This document shows positions 36,708-49,657 of a stretch of 64,000 nt of DNA, piece by piece. Source of the DNA: Octopus vulgaris (lineage: Eukaryota). The first letter of the stretch is position 1. Each line of letters opens with the position of its first letter. Made by a program: the position numbers and the translations under genes. The stretch is taken from the NCBI GenBank assembly GCA_951406725.2, contig OX597815.1, forward strand, positions 182,156,001-182,220,000, given 5' to 3'. The notes under the pieces are model-generated. The model made no database searches and had not been told where the DNA came from. It worked only from the letters and a program-made list of their open reading frames with translations.

Positions 36708-37097
36708 TCTTTATATATAAAAGAAAGGTTGTTTGTCTGTCTACTCCGATTTAGATTCCTAACTACTCCCACATTTTGCGGTGCAGTTTAACTAAAAGCG
36801 GGTATCTTATAGTCGTGATTCATATCGAGCCCTTCTGGGTATTAGCGCGCGTCTACGATGAGTCTACGATTTTTAAAGTAATTTACCATAATTTTTTTCC
36901 ATTTTAATGCATATTTTTTAAAGGGAAGTAACTCTCTAAAAATGTCTACGATGGGTCAACGATTTAAAAAAAAATGTACCATCATATTTTTTCCATTTTT
37001 AATGCATTTTTTTGCTATTTTTTGGCTATAACTCTCTAAAAATGCTTATATAGTTATTTCCCTTACAAACCCGAGCAACGCCGGGCGATACTGCTAG
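36708..37097 (+). mobile_element. non-autonomous Helitron, head-to-tail with the previous copy
   Basis: Junction CTAG|TCTTTATATATAAAAG; ends CTAG|T. Confidence 0.8.
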
Positions 37098-37164
37098 TCC
37101 TGATATATGACCATATGAGTATGTGTGTGTTTGTGTTTGTGTGTGCGTGTGTATACAAAGGGTA

Positions 37165-37495
37165 AAGAACCTTTTCGGTCATGTATGATCATGAAATGCA
37201 CCTAGAAATTTCTTCTCCGAGGCACAAGTCCGGGCAAGGTTGTTTATGGAACACCACCAGTCGCCCATGCATACCAACCTCCCTTCTCCATGCCACTGAT
37301 GTTATCCAAGGCAAAGGCAAATGCCGATAGAGCTGGGTACCAGTGACGTTACAACTCATTTCTACAATGAGTGAACTGGAGCAACATGAGATAGAGTGCC
37401 TTGCTTAAGAATATAACACACAGCCTGGTCCAGGAATCGAACTCACAAACCTCATGATTGTGAGTCCGACACTCTAACGACCGAGCCATGCGCCT
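37165..37495 (-). mobile_element. SINE family D
   Basis: Homologous to 19697-20030. Confidence 0.75.
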
Positions 37496-37533
37496 ATATT
37501 TGTGTGTGCGTGTGTGAGAGGGTGTGTGTGTGA

Positions 37534-37765
37534 GGGCAGCGAGCTGGCAGAATCGTTAGCACGCCGGGCCCAATGCTTAGTGGCATTTCGTCTGCCGTTA
37601 CGTTCTGAGTTCAACCTCCGCCAGGGTCGATTTTGCCTTTCATCCTTTCGGGGTCGATTAATTAAGAGCCAGTTACGCACTGGGGTCGATGTAATCGACG
37701 TCGCCCCTTTGTCTGTCCTAGTTTGTCCCTTCTATGTTCAGCCGTCTGTGGGCAATAAATAAATA
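37534..37765 (+). mobile_element. SINE family A monomer
   Basis: Match to family A. Confidence 0.8.
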
Positions 37766-39876
37766 AATATATATATATATTCGTGTGTGTGTGTGTGTGC
37801 GTGTGTGTGCGCGTTCGCTTGTGTATGTATTACATTCAAAACTGTCCCAGACTTGACCATTCCATCTTTCCGGAATCTGTGTATATAACTATATTGTACC
37901 CTCTCTACGGTGATATATTTTGATTAGAGGGAAATTTGGCCGCTATTTCTGTCGGCTTGGAGCGGCTCTGGACAGTTATCCTTTTATTTGTTGACTAACG
38001 TGGATGAAAAACGTCAGTATTAAGAAGGTATCAATCAAAACAAGAAGCTAAGAACATTAGACATGCTCAAGAGAACTGCTCAGTAATAGTAATGAATTTC
38101 TACTAAATGTACATGTAAGGGAGCAATAGCTGTGTCCCGTAATATATTGTATGACAATACTCTTCGCAGGCTCAATAACATTACAGAAGAAAAAGTATTG
38201 GCTTCTGAAGGAAAACAATAAATATGTGGCGTTAGAGCTAACTGGAACAGGTGTATCTCAAGTCTTTCATTTTGAATTTTGCATAAAACTGTTGGAATGA
38301 CAGGGTTCATTGAAGTAGGCACTTTCCCTTTGCTTTGAGTGCCTAGTAAATGTTGCTCGACTTATAGACATTTTTTTTCTCTAGTTTCAGCTCAGAGCTG
38401 CGGCCATGTTGATGCATCGCCGTTAAGAGAATAAACAGTAAAAGCAACACATCGTGACGTATATTTGCTATTTGAATATGGCTAACCCCTAAGGGTGGGT
38501 GCTACTGTAGTTTGTAGCCCCAGGAGGACACCTCCTCCAGCTGGCTATAGATACACTTTTTGTGCCCTATCAGTATTTGCAAAGGGAAGCCATCCTTCCC
38601 GTCTTCAACTTATGATACACACGGACTCGATTTTCAGGGTATTGATCCGTCATCGGCGTGTGACAATCATAGTTGTCGATATATTTACAATATCTATCTA
38701 TAGATGTGTTTTATACATATGTGCAAAATATATGCATTTTAAAACCATGTATATGTGAGAACATGCACTCATGCAGTTAGAAAAAGAATTGTGTGAGTTC
38801 TCCATAAAAAAGTGATAGGAAATTAAGCACACAAGAAACTAACTGAAATATTTCTTGACCCAGTAATATATGTCGGCTGCTAAACCTAATCTTGTTGGCC
38901 TTGAAAATTATTACAGGATTCATTGATGTCGATATGGCTGAAGTTATGATTGAAAAGCTAAGCGTTAGCTGATGTGTCGAGCTAGAGACGAACGACGTAT
39001 ATGGTTTGTTGCATTGAAGTGTCGGAAATGCGAAGCGTGCCATGTTGTTCAGAGGATCGTATTTTTATAACTGGTTGAAGCAATAAAGTACAGAAACGCT
39101 TGACGTTATACTGCGACATCAAAGAGCAAAAAGAGGACTTTATATATCAATGGGAAAAAATCATAAAACAATCATTGAACTGATACTTTAACATTATTAT
39201 CTACATAAATGCTAGTATGAACATATTTTATCCATTATACGGCGAAAATATATTCACACCAACAATAAACGTAACAGATAACGGCAATAATAGGAAGACT
39301 AAAAATATATAATGAAAAATTATTACTTTGTGGTGGCAACAAGATAGAAATCCTTTATAATTCACTTTATTGCAATGTCAATTGGAATATACGAAACTCC
39401 ACTTCCATTTCAAACCAGTCCTTCTGATGTTGTAGTAATGTTTATCTTCTTCCTTATGGCTCCTACTAAAGTCATAGAACAATTTGAAGTAGATTGATTT
39501 ATTATCTCACTGACTATTCTGCCAATAAAATTGCTACAAAATCGTTTTCTCGGAAACGTTAACAATGATCTTTCGAAGTATTGTTCTCGTATATCTAAAC
39601 TTCTAAATCACTGACCAAAAATAGTAAAGCTGTTTATCGTTATCAAACAATCCATTTACATCTACTGTAGACACAAAAGTTTTCAAGATCAACCTTACAT
39701 GAAGATAAATTCCGTCTTTGTTTCTTATAATTATTTGGGTCACAAAGACAAACTGAAATCTGAATGCAATAAGTCAACAGGAAAAACGTACAATTGAAAT
39801 GCCACCAAGATCAATGTTATCTTCATCTTTACTAACCTAGCCAACAAATGTTATTAATATTGCAATCATTTTAATG

Positions 39877-40277
39877 CGGCAAGGTGGCAGAAACGTTAGC
39901 ACGCCGGGCGAAATGCTTATCGGTATTTCGTCCGCCGTTACGTTCTGAGTTCAAATTCCGCCGAGGTTGACTTTGCCTTTCATCCTTTCGGGGTCGATTA
40001 GACAAGTACCAGTTACGAACTGGGGTCGATGTAATCGACTTAATCCGTTTGTCTGTCCCTGTTTGTCCTCTCTCCGTTTAGCCCCTTGTGGGTAGTAAAG
40101 AAATAGAAATACGTATTTCGTCAGTCTTTACGTTCTGAGTTCAAGTTCCGCCGAGGTCGACTTTGCCTTTAATCCTTTCGGGGTGGATAAATTAAGTACC
40201 AGTTGCGCACTGAGGTCGATCTAATCGACTGGCGCCCTCGCCCAAAATTTCGAGCCTTGTTTCAAGAGTAGAAAAGA
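39877..40277 (+). mobile_element. SINE family A heterodimer
   Basis: Two-tail layout; TSD TATTGCAAT(C/G)ATTTT. Confidence 0.85.
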
Positions 40278-40513
40278 TTATTGCAATGATTTTTATCTCC
40301 TGTATATCGCTATAAATTATATAAACTGACCAACAACTGAATTTAATTTTTTTCCTATATTCTGTTATGTTTTTTTTTTTTTACATTGTGAGAATGTTTT
40401 GAAACGTCTTTGTATTGCGATTTTTGGAAATGGTGAAAGACATGCCATTTTCATTTTACATTTTACCGGTACTCACCTTTGATTTTATAAACTTTACATT
40501 GTTCTCTAGGTAT

Positions 40514-40583
<70 letters not shown>

Positions 40584-41564
40584 CACACACACACACACAA
40601 ACACATGTACACACACATGTATGAACGTATACCTTTCTAGACATATTACGTACTCATCAATATTTCATTTTGTAAGGAAAGCCTTCTAAAGGCACATTTA
40701 CATCTAAACATCTCATTCCCGACTTTGCAATGTCTTCAAAGACTTCTTCTACCGTTCATGTACGTCGCAATTCCATTCTTTTACACATTCGACAGAGATG
40801 CAGTGAGAAGCTGCTCCTTCAACTTTATTCTGGGTAACCTTTCACTCCAATTCAAAATTCATAACAAATAACCAAGATGTTATTTTGTGTGGCTGCACGG
40901 CAATTCATTTTATTGCCTAATACGCATATAAGATTTCCATTATATGGAAAGATAATTCTTTTCTTGACAACAAAGGCAGCAATTCCTTTCAAGTCATTTC
41001 ACTCTCTTAATTTCACTGTAGTATAAACCATATCACCTAGGGAACCAAAGTTAAACCGGCTGCACAATCCACAATCCAAGTTTTCAGTTGCTTCTAAATT
41101 TCCTTTACACTTTGCTTAATTTACAATGAACGTTTCTGCATTCAGATTAATCTTAAAATCAATATGTGAAAATGTTGTACATAATTAGAGATGATCTCAA
41201 TTAAATCATGCGTAAATAAATAATAAAAAAGAGCAATAAAAATAAGTTTATAAAATTCAATTTCACTTCTGTATGAAATCCCTGTCATAAACATCAAAGT
41301 ATATATAATGATAAATTATTACAGAAGTGTTATCACGTGCCGTGCCTTTCTACAAGTTGTGCTCAACAGATTATACAAAAATGATTTTTCTGCGTTCTTT
41401 GTAGTCTCTACTATTATACAGCGTAATATTTCATTCAGGTGAGCTAAAGCAAAGGTAATGACTCCACGAATCTCTTATATTTGTTTTACAGTTCTAGCTT
41501 TTATGTTTTCATTGTGTTTAAAACTATTCTTAATAATGTAACCTAGTTAATAGAAGAAACCACT

Positions 41565-41981
41565 AAGGCGACGAGCTGGCAGAAAAGTTAGCACGCCGGG
41601 CGAAATGCTCTGCAGTATTTCGTCTACCGTTTCGTTCTGAGTTCAAATTCCGCCGAGGTCGACTTTGCCTTTCATCCTTTCGGGGTCGATAAATTAAGTA
41701 CCAGTTACGCACTGGGGTCGATGTAATCGACTTAATCCGTTTGTCTGTCCCTGTTTGTCCCCGCTGTGTTTGGCTCCTTGTGGGTAGTAAAGAAATGAGT
41801 ATTTCGCCTGCCGCTACGTTCTGAGTTCGAATTCCGCCGAGGTCGACTTTGCCTTTCATCCTTTCGGGGTCGATAAATTAAGTACCAGTTACGCACTGAG
41901 GTCGTTGTAATCGACTTAATCCCTTTGTTTGTCCTTGTTTGTCCCCTTTACGTTTAGCCCCTTGTGGGCAATAAAGAAATA
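41565..41981 (+). mobile_element. SINE family A dimer
   Basis: TSD AAGAAACCAC. Confidence 0.88.
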
Positions 41982-42275
41982 AGAAACCACACGCTACGTC
42001 AATCACGGGCTTCATTTTATACTCGCGTCCAATGCAAGAGTCAAAGAAGAAGCCTCAACTATCTTCAGTCATGTGTTTCTTAATTCCAACCCTGTCTTTA
42101 AAAAAAGGACACATTAGATAATATCAGATCGAAGCAAACATATATTATGGTTATCATTGGAATACCTTCGACCATAGGTCTACTCAGGAATACTTTAGAA
42201 TTAAGTGCAATAACATTCACAATATGTGAAACATTGATTTTCTTTCGGTCTCTAAGAGTTCCCGGCATCCTTCGA

Positions 42276-42451
42276 ATACCTATTTCTTTACTGCCCACAA
42301 GGGACTACACACAGAGGGAAACAAGGACAGACAAAGGGATTAAGTCGATTACATCGACCCCAATGCGTAAATGGTACTTATTTAATCGACCCTGAAAGGA
42401 TGAAAGGCAAAGTCGACCTCGGCGGAATTTGAACTCAGAACGTAGCGGCAG
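42276..42451 (-). mobile_element. 5'-truncated SINE family A
   Basis: TSD ATCCTT(C/T)GAATACCT. Confidence 0.8.
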
Positions 42452-43656
42452 ATCCTTTGAATACCTTGTGCTGATTATACAGTATAGTTTTCACATCTGA
42501 TCTTTATTACAAAGCAACGTGTCTAGTACCAATTTTGTGTATTATATGCTATTTTTACAGGTTTTCAATATTCTCAGTTGTTTTTCATAATTTGTTAACT
42601 GAACCAATTGTCTATCAGTCAGTTTTATATTATTTTGTTTTCGAAATAATTGGAGTTTATTGCGGCTCCAGTTTCAAGATATTTAAACATTCCCCAATAC
42701 CCATGTCTACTATTTATGATGTCTATGCATTAGATTTAGCTTCATTTAAACCTCTTCTAGTTTATTATATCTCTCGACTGTAAAACGTCTTGTAAAATAC
42801 TCCTCTGAAATGCTTGTAAGTTAACCGACACAAGAACTGCCAAACCAGTCCTATTATAGCAGTTTTTATTCAGTTGTATAGCAGGAAAATCTTTTAAATC
42901 TTTTATTCGTTCACAATGAATTGCATTTGCAACTCTTCTCTCGCTTTTCTTTTTGAGGTTTTATTGCTACCCGAATCATCAGAGACATAGATTCAATATA
43001 ATTTCCATTTCAACTTTTTTTTCCCCGTGTCTCATAGTGAATAAGATCAATACTTGCGCCATTCATTCTATTATCACATATATTTCGATTCTCTGACTTT
43101 GCCATGACCACATAGTTTTGGTACCATATTCAATATTATATCGAACATTATACCAATGAATTAATATTAAATTAATAATACCTGTGAAAATACAGTAGCC
43201 AAATTGTTGAAAAGATAAAAGACTGATCCAAAGATCAAACTTTCAAAGCCCGGAGATCAAAGCCTGAGTTAATTCGTTGTATTTCAGGGTTGAATGGTCA
43301 ATATAGAGTTAAAAGTCTTAAACATCTGCTGAAACTATTGATACTGCAAAATTCAAAGTTTTACAATTCTTCTAGCATTAGGTTATTATTCAATTGTAAT
43401 TTCTTATAACCTGGTAGAATAGAAACTATCAATATTTTACAGCTGTGTGGTTAAAACGTGAAAGAATTCCCCATTTGCAAAGAAGTAGTCCTAATAAATA
43501 ATGCAAATCGCCTAATCTACAGATTCATTTATAACCTTGTTAAAACGACAGTCTAAGTAGTATAAGACTACATTCTAAATATGCATAGGCAAATAGTAAA
43601 TATAAAAACGTATATAAACATTAGTAGTTTCTCAAAATTAGTTAAAGCAAATAAAA

Positions 43657-44436
43657 GGCGGCGAACTGGCAGAAGCGATAGCACGCCGGGCGAAATGCTG
43701 AGCAGCATTTCGTGTGCCGTTACGTTCTGAGTTCAAATTCTGCCGAGGTCGACTTTGCACTTCATCCATCGAGGTCGATTGAATAAGTACCAGTTATGCA
43801 CTGGGGTCGATGTAATCGACTTAATCCGTTTGTCTGCCTTGTTTGTCCTCTCTGTGTTTAGCCCCTTGTGGGTAATAAAGAAATAGGTATTTCGTCTGCC
43901 GCTAAGTTCTGAGTTCAAATTCTGCCGAGGTCGACTTTGCCCTTCAACCATTCGAGGTCGATTAGACAAGTACCAGTTACGCACTGGGGTCGATATAATC
44001 GACTTATTCCGTTTGTCTGTCCTTGTTTGTCTTCTCTGTTTTTAGCCCCTTGTGGGTAGTAAAGAAATAGGTATTTCATCTGCCGCTAAGTTCTGAGTTC
44101 AAATTCTGCCGAGGTCGACTTTGCCCTTCATCCATTCGAGGTCGATTAAATACGTACCAGTTATGCACTGGGGTCGATGTAATCGACTTAATCCGTTTGT
44201 CTGCCTTGTTTGTCCTCTCTGTGTTTAGCCCCTTGTGGGTAGTATAGAAATAGGTATTTCGTCTGCAGCTACGTTCTGAGTTCAAATTCTACCGAGGTCG
44301 ACTTTGCCTTTCATCCTTTCGGGGTCGATTAAATAAGTACCAGTTACGCACTGGGGTCGATGTAATCGACTTAATCCGTTTGTCTGTCCTTGTTTGTCCT
44401 CTCTGTGTTTAACCCCTTGTGGGTAGTAAAGAAATA
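43657..44436 (+). mobile_element. SINE family A tetramer
   Basis: One head; units restart at 43886, 44070 and 44253 (period 183-184 bp); 15-bp TSD TAGTTAAAGCAAATA at 43639-43653 and 44441-44455. Confidence 0.9.
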
Positions 44437-45101
44437 AAAATAGTTAAAGCAAATATTTGAAGTGCAGGTTTCTAAATAGTATAGTAATCAGTTCGAACCA
44501 TACCACAGCCATTTCATTTATTCATCTGTTCTTGTTTTCCTGATCTATATAAACGGGAGCCCGGTGGGTGAGTATCTTCAATAACGTACCTTGTTATTTT
44601 TATACAAACTATCTTTCTGCATGTGCCTCTGCAGTATACTTTATTCAATGTCCACGTTTCCTCTAATCCGTATCAGAACCATTGCACGTACTTGCTACAA
44701 GTTCTATTCAGATAGATATCACCTTTTGTTTTATGTTACAACATTGTCTGTGCCCAAATAAAACATTCTACTCATTGATTAGTGTCTATAATTAGAAAAT
44801 ATATAGGCTGGGCTATTTTACAATAGTAGCTTTTTTAGAAAAATTACTATTTGTAAATCTCACAACCTGAGATATTCAGCAACAGTATTTTGGAGTAGCG
44901 ATTATTTGCCAACATAACATGGCAGTTCTGATTTAGGCAACATTCGTCCTAAACCGGGACTGCCATGTTACGTTGGCAAATAATCTTTACTCCAGTAGCA
45001 GTTTTGCTGTTACTGTTTATATTTTATCATATATTGTTGCAAACGTATTTGAAATGATCTTAGTATATATATATATGTATATATATATATATGTATATAT
45101 A

Positions 45102-45474
45102 TCTCTCTATATAAACGGCAGTTTGTCTGTGCGTGTTTCTGTGTGTCTGTTTGCTTGTACCTTCACCCTGACCACGGCTTTCAACCGATTCTTATGAAAC
45201 TTGACACACACATAGCCCAATGTCATAATTCAAAACTAACGCAGCGAAAATTTTGAAAAGTTCCCCCAGTTCTGAAAAAAATCGATAAATTCGACATGGG
45301 GTCCAGAATCAGAAACACAAACTGTCTACGGGACGCAACTCCACCTTTTTTAACTAAAAAAAAAATTTACCATCATTTTTTCCCATTTTTTTGCTATTTT
45401 TTGGCTATAACTCTCTAAAAATGCTTTATAGTTATTTCCCTTACAAACCTGAGCAACGCCGGGCGATACTGCTA

Positions 45475-45475
<1 letters not shown>
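45102..45475 (+). mobile_element. non-autonomous Helitron with a different 5' half
   Basis: A|TCTCTCTATATAAA start and the same 3' ~110 bp ending GCAACGCCGGGCGATACTGCTAG|T. Confidence 0.8.
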
Positions 45476-45548
<73 letters not shown>

Positions 45549-46124
45549 ATATATATATATATATATATGTATAGATATATATATTATATTTGTATTTATG
45601 TGCTGTGTATATTCCACTGAAGAGGCAAAGCATTTCTTATGCAAAACCAGAAATCTGGAATCTGGAATTATCCAGTAATTTTTTGCTAGTTTATTTATTT
45701 TGTCTTTTTGTCTTCTCTCCTGGTGCTGTATGAACTTTTAATGTGGTTTTAGAGTCAAGTTTTCGCTGCTATTTCAAGCGTGGTGGTATCTCTTATAGAT
45801 ACCCTAAATTATAATTTTAATAATAATAATTATTACCTTTCAAGTGTTTTATTTCCATGCTGGCCACATGATAAGTTCGATATTTAAATTACGATCTTAT
45901 CCTTATATATATATATATATACACAAGCCAGCAACTTCAGGGGCGGAATATGTCGATTACATCACTCCTGCCCCGTGTTGAACTGATACTTATTTTATCG
46001 CCCCCCCCCCGCCGAAAGGATGAAAAGCAAAGCCAACCTCGGCAGAATTTGGAGAATAAATATAACGTGTATTATGATATATAACGAAAGCATGCATATA
46101 TGACAGGTAATAAGAAGTCCAAGT

Positions 46125-46870
46125 TTTTATCAAACTGCAATAAACAGTTGCTTTTAGTCAGGCACGGGCAGACAAAATGGAAAAGGAGTAACTCTGGAGG
46201 ATAGCGAGGGTAATGCACTGGAACAGCCGCCCTTATTCACGGGGCTCCCATTTGCGGAGAGCATTCTCCACCCCGATATCGATGAGCGAAGATATGATCC
46301 GGCCAAGAACGCCACAGATTTCAACTACCGCAGGCTCGACCATAAACCTGTCGTTTTTTCTCAGCCTGACAAGCAGCGGAGCCTGGACTGGTAGCTGACA
46401 ACACCAAGTTGCCGCTGGTGAAGGTGTCACAATATGTGTCCTCCGAGATAAAAGGGCCTACCACCACGGAACTGGAAAATCGTCATACCACCCGGCCTTT
46501 TACCATCTCCTCTGGCTTAAGCCGGGAAGGAAAGCCTGCAGCGTCTAGGCCTGCATTATAATCTTAAGGGCGTGGAAGGCCCCCAGCACTATGAACGCTT
46601 GTGGGTGGAGGGCAAAAGAATCCACTGTGGATTCACATCGGCCTACCATTCGGCTCTCAGATATGAAGACCAAGCCTAAGAAAACGCCAATGCACACGCA
46701 GTGACTATCAAGTTGAACACCACTTGCGGGGTAATGGCGCTACATTGAGCCAAGCTCATTTGTGAGGCTCGGAGGATGGGCGGAATCATGCCAGACAGCA
46801 CTGGTCAAGTTCGGCGGCTAGCTCGTCCGCGGTCTCCATTTGTAACCATGACATTTACTCCCAGGGTTTC
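46125..46870 (-). mobile_element. decayed CRE-clade non-LTR retrotransposon 3' part
   Basis: GC-rich block; frameshifted motifs GMTIF..GG, YCDTFT, SPGSAACQAEK, EPAVVEICGVLG, EPRE..LFQCITLAILQSNSFSI match the CRE-type restriction-like endonuclease pattern (RPDG..PW..WD.T..DT; AVET.G..G; QR...A.QRGNA). Confidence 0.7.
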
Positions 46871-46959
46871 AAAAAGATGACAAACCGCTATGACTAGTTT
46901 CTTAAATGAAAGATTTGTATAAAGTTCCCCGTTACCATTTTCAATAGGTATTATATTAA

Positions 46960-47393
46960 CTGGTGGCCAACTGGCAGAATGATCAGTACACCAGACAAAA
47001 TGCTTAGCGATCTTTTGGTCCGTCGCTACGTTCTAAGTTCAAATTCCGCAGAGGTAGACTTTAATTTTTATCCTTTCGGGGCCGATAAATTAAGTAAAAT
47101 CAAGAAACTCAAGGCCTTGTGCATATGATAGAAACTCAAGACTTTGTGCTTATAATAGAAAGGATTATATTAATTGTGCTTAAGGCGGTGAAGTGGCAGA
47201 GTCGCCGGAAAAAATGCTTAGTGGTATTTCGTCCGTCTTTACGTTTTGAGTCCAAATTCCACCGAGGTCGACTTTACCTTTCATCCTTTCGTGGTCGATA
47301 AAATAGGTACCAGTTGAACAGTGGAGCCGATGTAATCTACTTAGCCCCTGGCCCGAACCGAAAATTGCTGGCCTTGCTCCAAAGTTTGAAGCC
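46960..47393 (+). mobile_element. two diverged SINE family A copies
   Basis: Heads at about 46962 and 47183, both with B-box-like GTTCAAATTCC/GTCCAAATTCC. Confidence 0.7.
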
Positions 47394-48222
47394 ATTATTT
47401 TATTTGTGCTTGCAAACAACACAATCGTTAATAATACATTACTTCGATTCCTCACAGTTAAGTGACGTGCCTGCCAATTCCAAACACTTACATTCTAAAC
47501 ATAATGGTAACAGGACTTAAGTACGTTGGAGATGGATGATTCCAGTAAGAGGTCGAAAGCCTTTAACTTAGATGCCTGACTCATTGACGTAGATAAAACT
47601 TTCTTTCTAAATTCAAATACTTTTACTACACACACACACAGACAGCCGCACACATATATTATTAAACGGAAAATACAGGGTGACTCATTGACAGCGGCCT
47701 GTCAGTCAGTAAAAACAAAAGTTGGAAGAAAGCATAAGATATTTTAAGTGCTGAGATGTATTATAAACGAAGATGAATGCTGTAAAAGTCGGAGAAAGAT
47801 TTTACGAAGTAAGAACGTTAAAAGCAAATGAGTGTGAAGACAAACAATTGGATGTAAACGACAAAAAGATTAGCCTAATGAATAAAGAATAATAATGACA
47901 ATAAACTTATATAATAAATCATAGATTTATATATGGCTAATGTATTTAAGAAAAGGGAGGCAAAGGTACATACATAATCGCATGCATACACGCACATGTA
48001 CGTATATGCACATATACATACAGCTGTGTATGTTTAAATATTTATATTTATAATTAAGCGTATCTAAAAAGATACAATCGTGCTAGAGATAGCAGTCAAA
48101 ACTTCACTCTAAAACCACATAAAATATTCATAATATGTAATAGTTGGAATTTACAGAAAAACAAAAGACGGAGTACGTGTATAAACAGCAAATAGGTGTA
48201 TTAATCGGGAAGGTGCAAAAGT

Positions 48223-48258
48223 CTTTTACGTTTCGAGCCTACGCTCTTCAACAGAAAG
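48223..48258 (-). ncRNA. minimal hammerhead-like motif (CTGTTGA core)
   Basis: CTTT-CTGTTGA-A-GAGC-GTAG-GCTC-GAAA-CG-TA-AAAG within a fragment of about 200 bp (48135-48335). Confidence 0.6.
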
Positions 48259-48359
48259 GAACACGAGAAAATAAACAGAGAGAGAATAAAAAAATCAGAA
48301 AGGATGAAAGCTAGCGGTCAGTCATGACGGCTGATATACAAACTTATACATAAATATAA

Positions 48360-48597
48360 ATGTTCCTTCTCGAGCCATGCCAGGCTCATAAGGGCCGGTT
48401 TCCCGGTTTCAGTGGCGTAGAAATTCCCCTCTGGATGGGACGCCGGTCCGTCGCAGCGTTACTCATTTTTGCCAGCTGAGTAGACTAGAGCAACGTGAAA
48501 TGAAGTGTTTTGCTCAAGAACACAACGCGTCGCCCGGTCCAGGAATCGAAACCACAATCTTACGTTCATGATGCTAACCACTAAGCCACGCGCCTCC
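48360..48597 (-). mobile_element. SINE family D head with a different tail
   Basis: GGAGGCGCGTGGCTTAGTGGTTAG...TTCTTGAGCAAAACACTTC, then GCTGCGACGGACCGGCGTCCCATCCAG. Confidence 0.75.
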
Positions 48598-48644
48598 ACA
48601 CACACACACACACACACACGCACACATACACATACACACATATG

Positions 48645-48905
48645 TATTCTTTCATTTGATTCCGTCATTTGACAACAGCTATGATGGATCACAGCCTTAA
48701 GGGGTTTTAGTCGAAGGAATCGACCTGAGGACTTTTTTTTTTGTAAGCCTAGTACTTGCAGAACCGCTAGGTCACAAGGACGTAAACACACCTACATCGG
48801 TTGTCAAGCGATGTTGGGAGTGGACAAACAAACACACAGATATATACAGTGACACTGAACCCGGAACCATGTGGGTGGGAAGCAAGCTTCTTACCACACC
48901 TGTGT
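48645..48905 (-). mobile_element. SINE family B, internally deleted
   Basis: GTGTGGTAAGAAGCTTGCTTCCCACCCACATGGTTCCGGGTTCAGTG head plus tail fragments. Confidence 0.65.
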
Positions 48906-49657
48906 GCGTGTGTATGTGTGTGTGCGTGTGTGCGTGTGTATATATGTATGTATACACTTATAGATGCTCGCTCACAAACACATACGGTTAGGTTTATAGA
49001 AAGCGTTCAATGGTTTTAGCAGTGTTTGTTTATTCGTTGGAATCTGCTGATATTATTACTGCCTCGCAATTTTGCGATTTTTAAGGCCCAAAGGAATGTG
49101 CAGAGATGAGTAACTTAGATTAGCGAGAGGGAGGGGGAAGAGGAGCGCACACACGAGAGAGAGAGTGAAAGGGAAAGAAACAGAAAAAGAGAGAGTGGTG
49201 TGCGTGTGACAGAGGGGGAGGAAGAGCAAGAGAGAGAGTGAGAGTGAGGGAGAGAGAGAGAGTGAGGGAGAGAGAGAGAGAGAGAGAGAGTGAGGGAGAG
49301 AGAGAGAAATCAATGCTAAAATACTAAAATAAGATTTTGCGCAGAAAATGCAGCTTTAAGTGTTCCTTATTTTATTGCTCTTAGAAATACTAAAATGCAA
49401 TGAAGAGTACTTATTATGCGAATGGAATGACAGTTTCTTTCAAATGCTTGTATTCTTTATCAAATATTTACCATTTTGAAACGTAACCTTTAGATGAAGT
49501 TGGCTACAAATAAATTATTATAACAGCAGAGTTTGTCTCAATTTATGAAAGTAAAAAATATACAGAAAAGCAATAAATTTCAAACCACGGGAATAAATAA
49601 TGCGCAAGTGTTTAGGTAGATTGCTGCGAGGAGGAGAAAATCTTTACTGAGATTTTG

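Noticed and set aside
38478-38670. GC-richer block, probably a LINE or SINE 3' end (also 53200-53480 and 57200-57380)
   Set aside because: Single copy in the window with no diagnostic motif, so the class cannot be supported
43657-44436. CRISPR-like regular repeats
   Set aside because: Units are full ~184-bp tandem SINE bodies with no unique spacers; eukaryotic context and no cas genes
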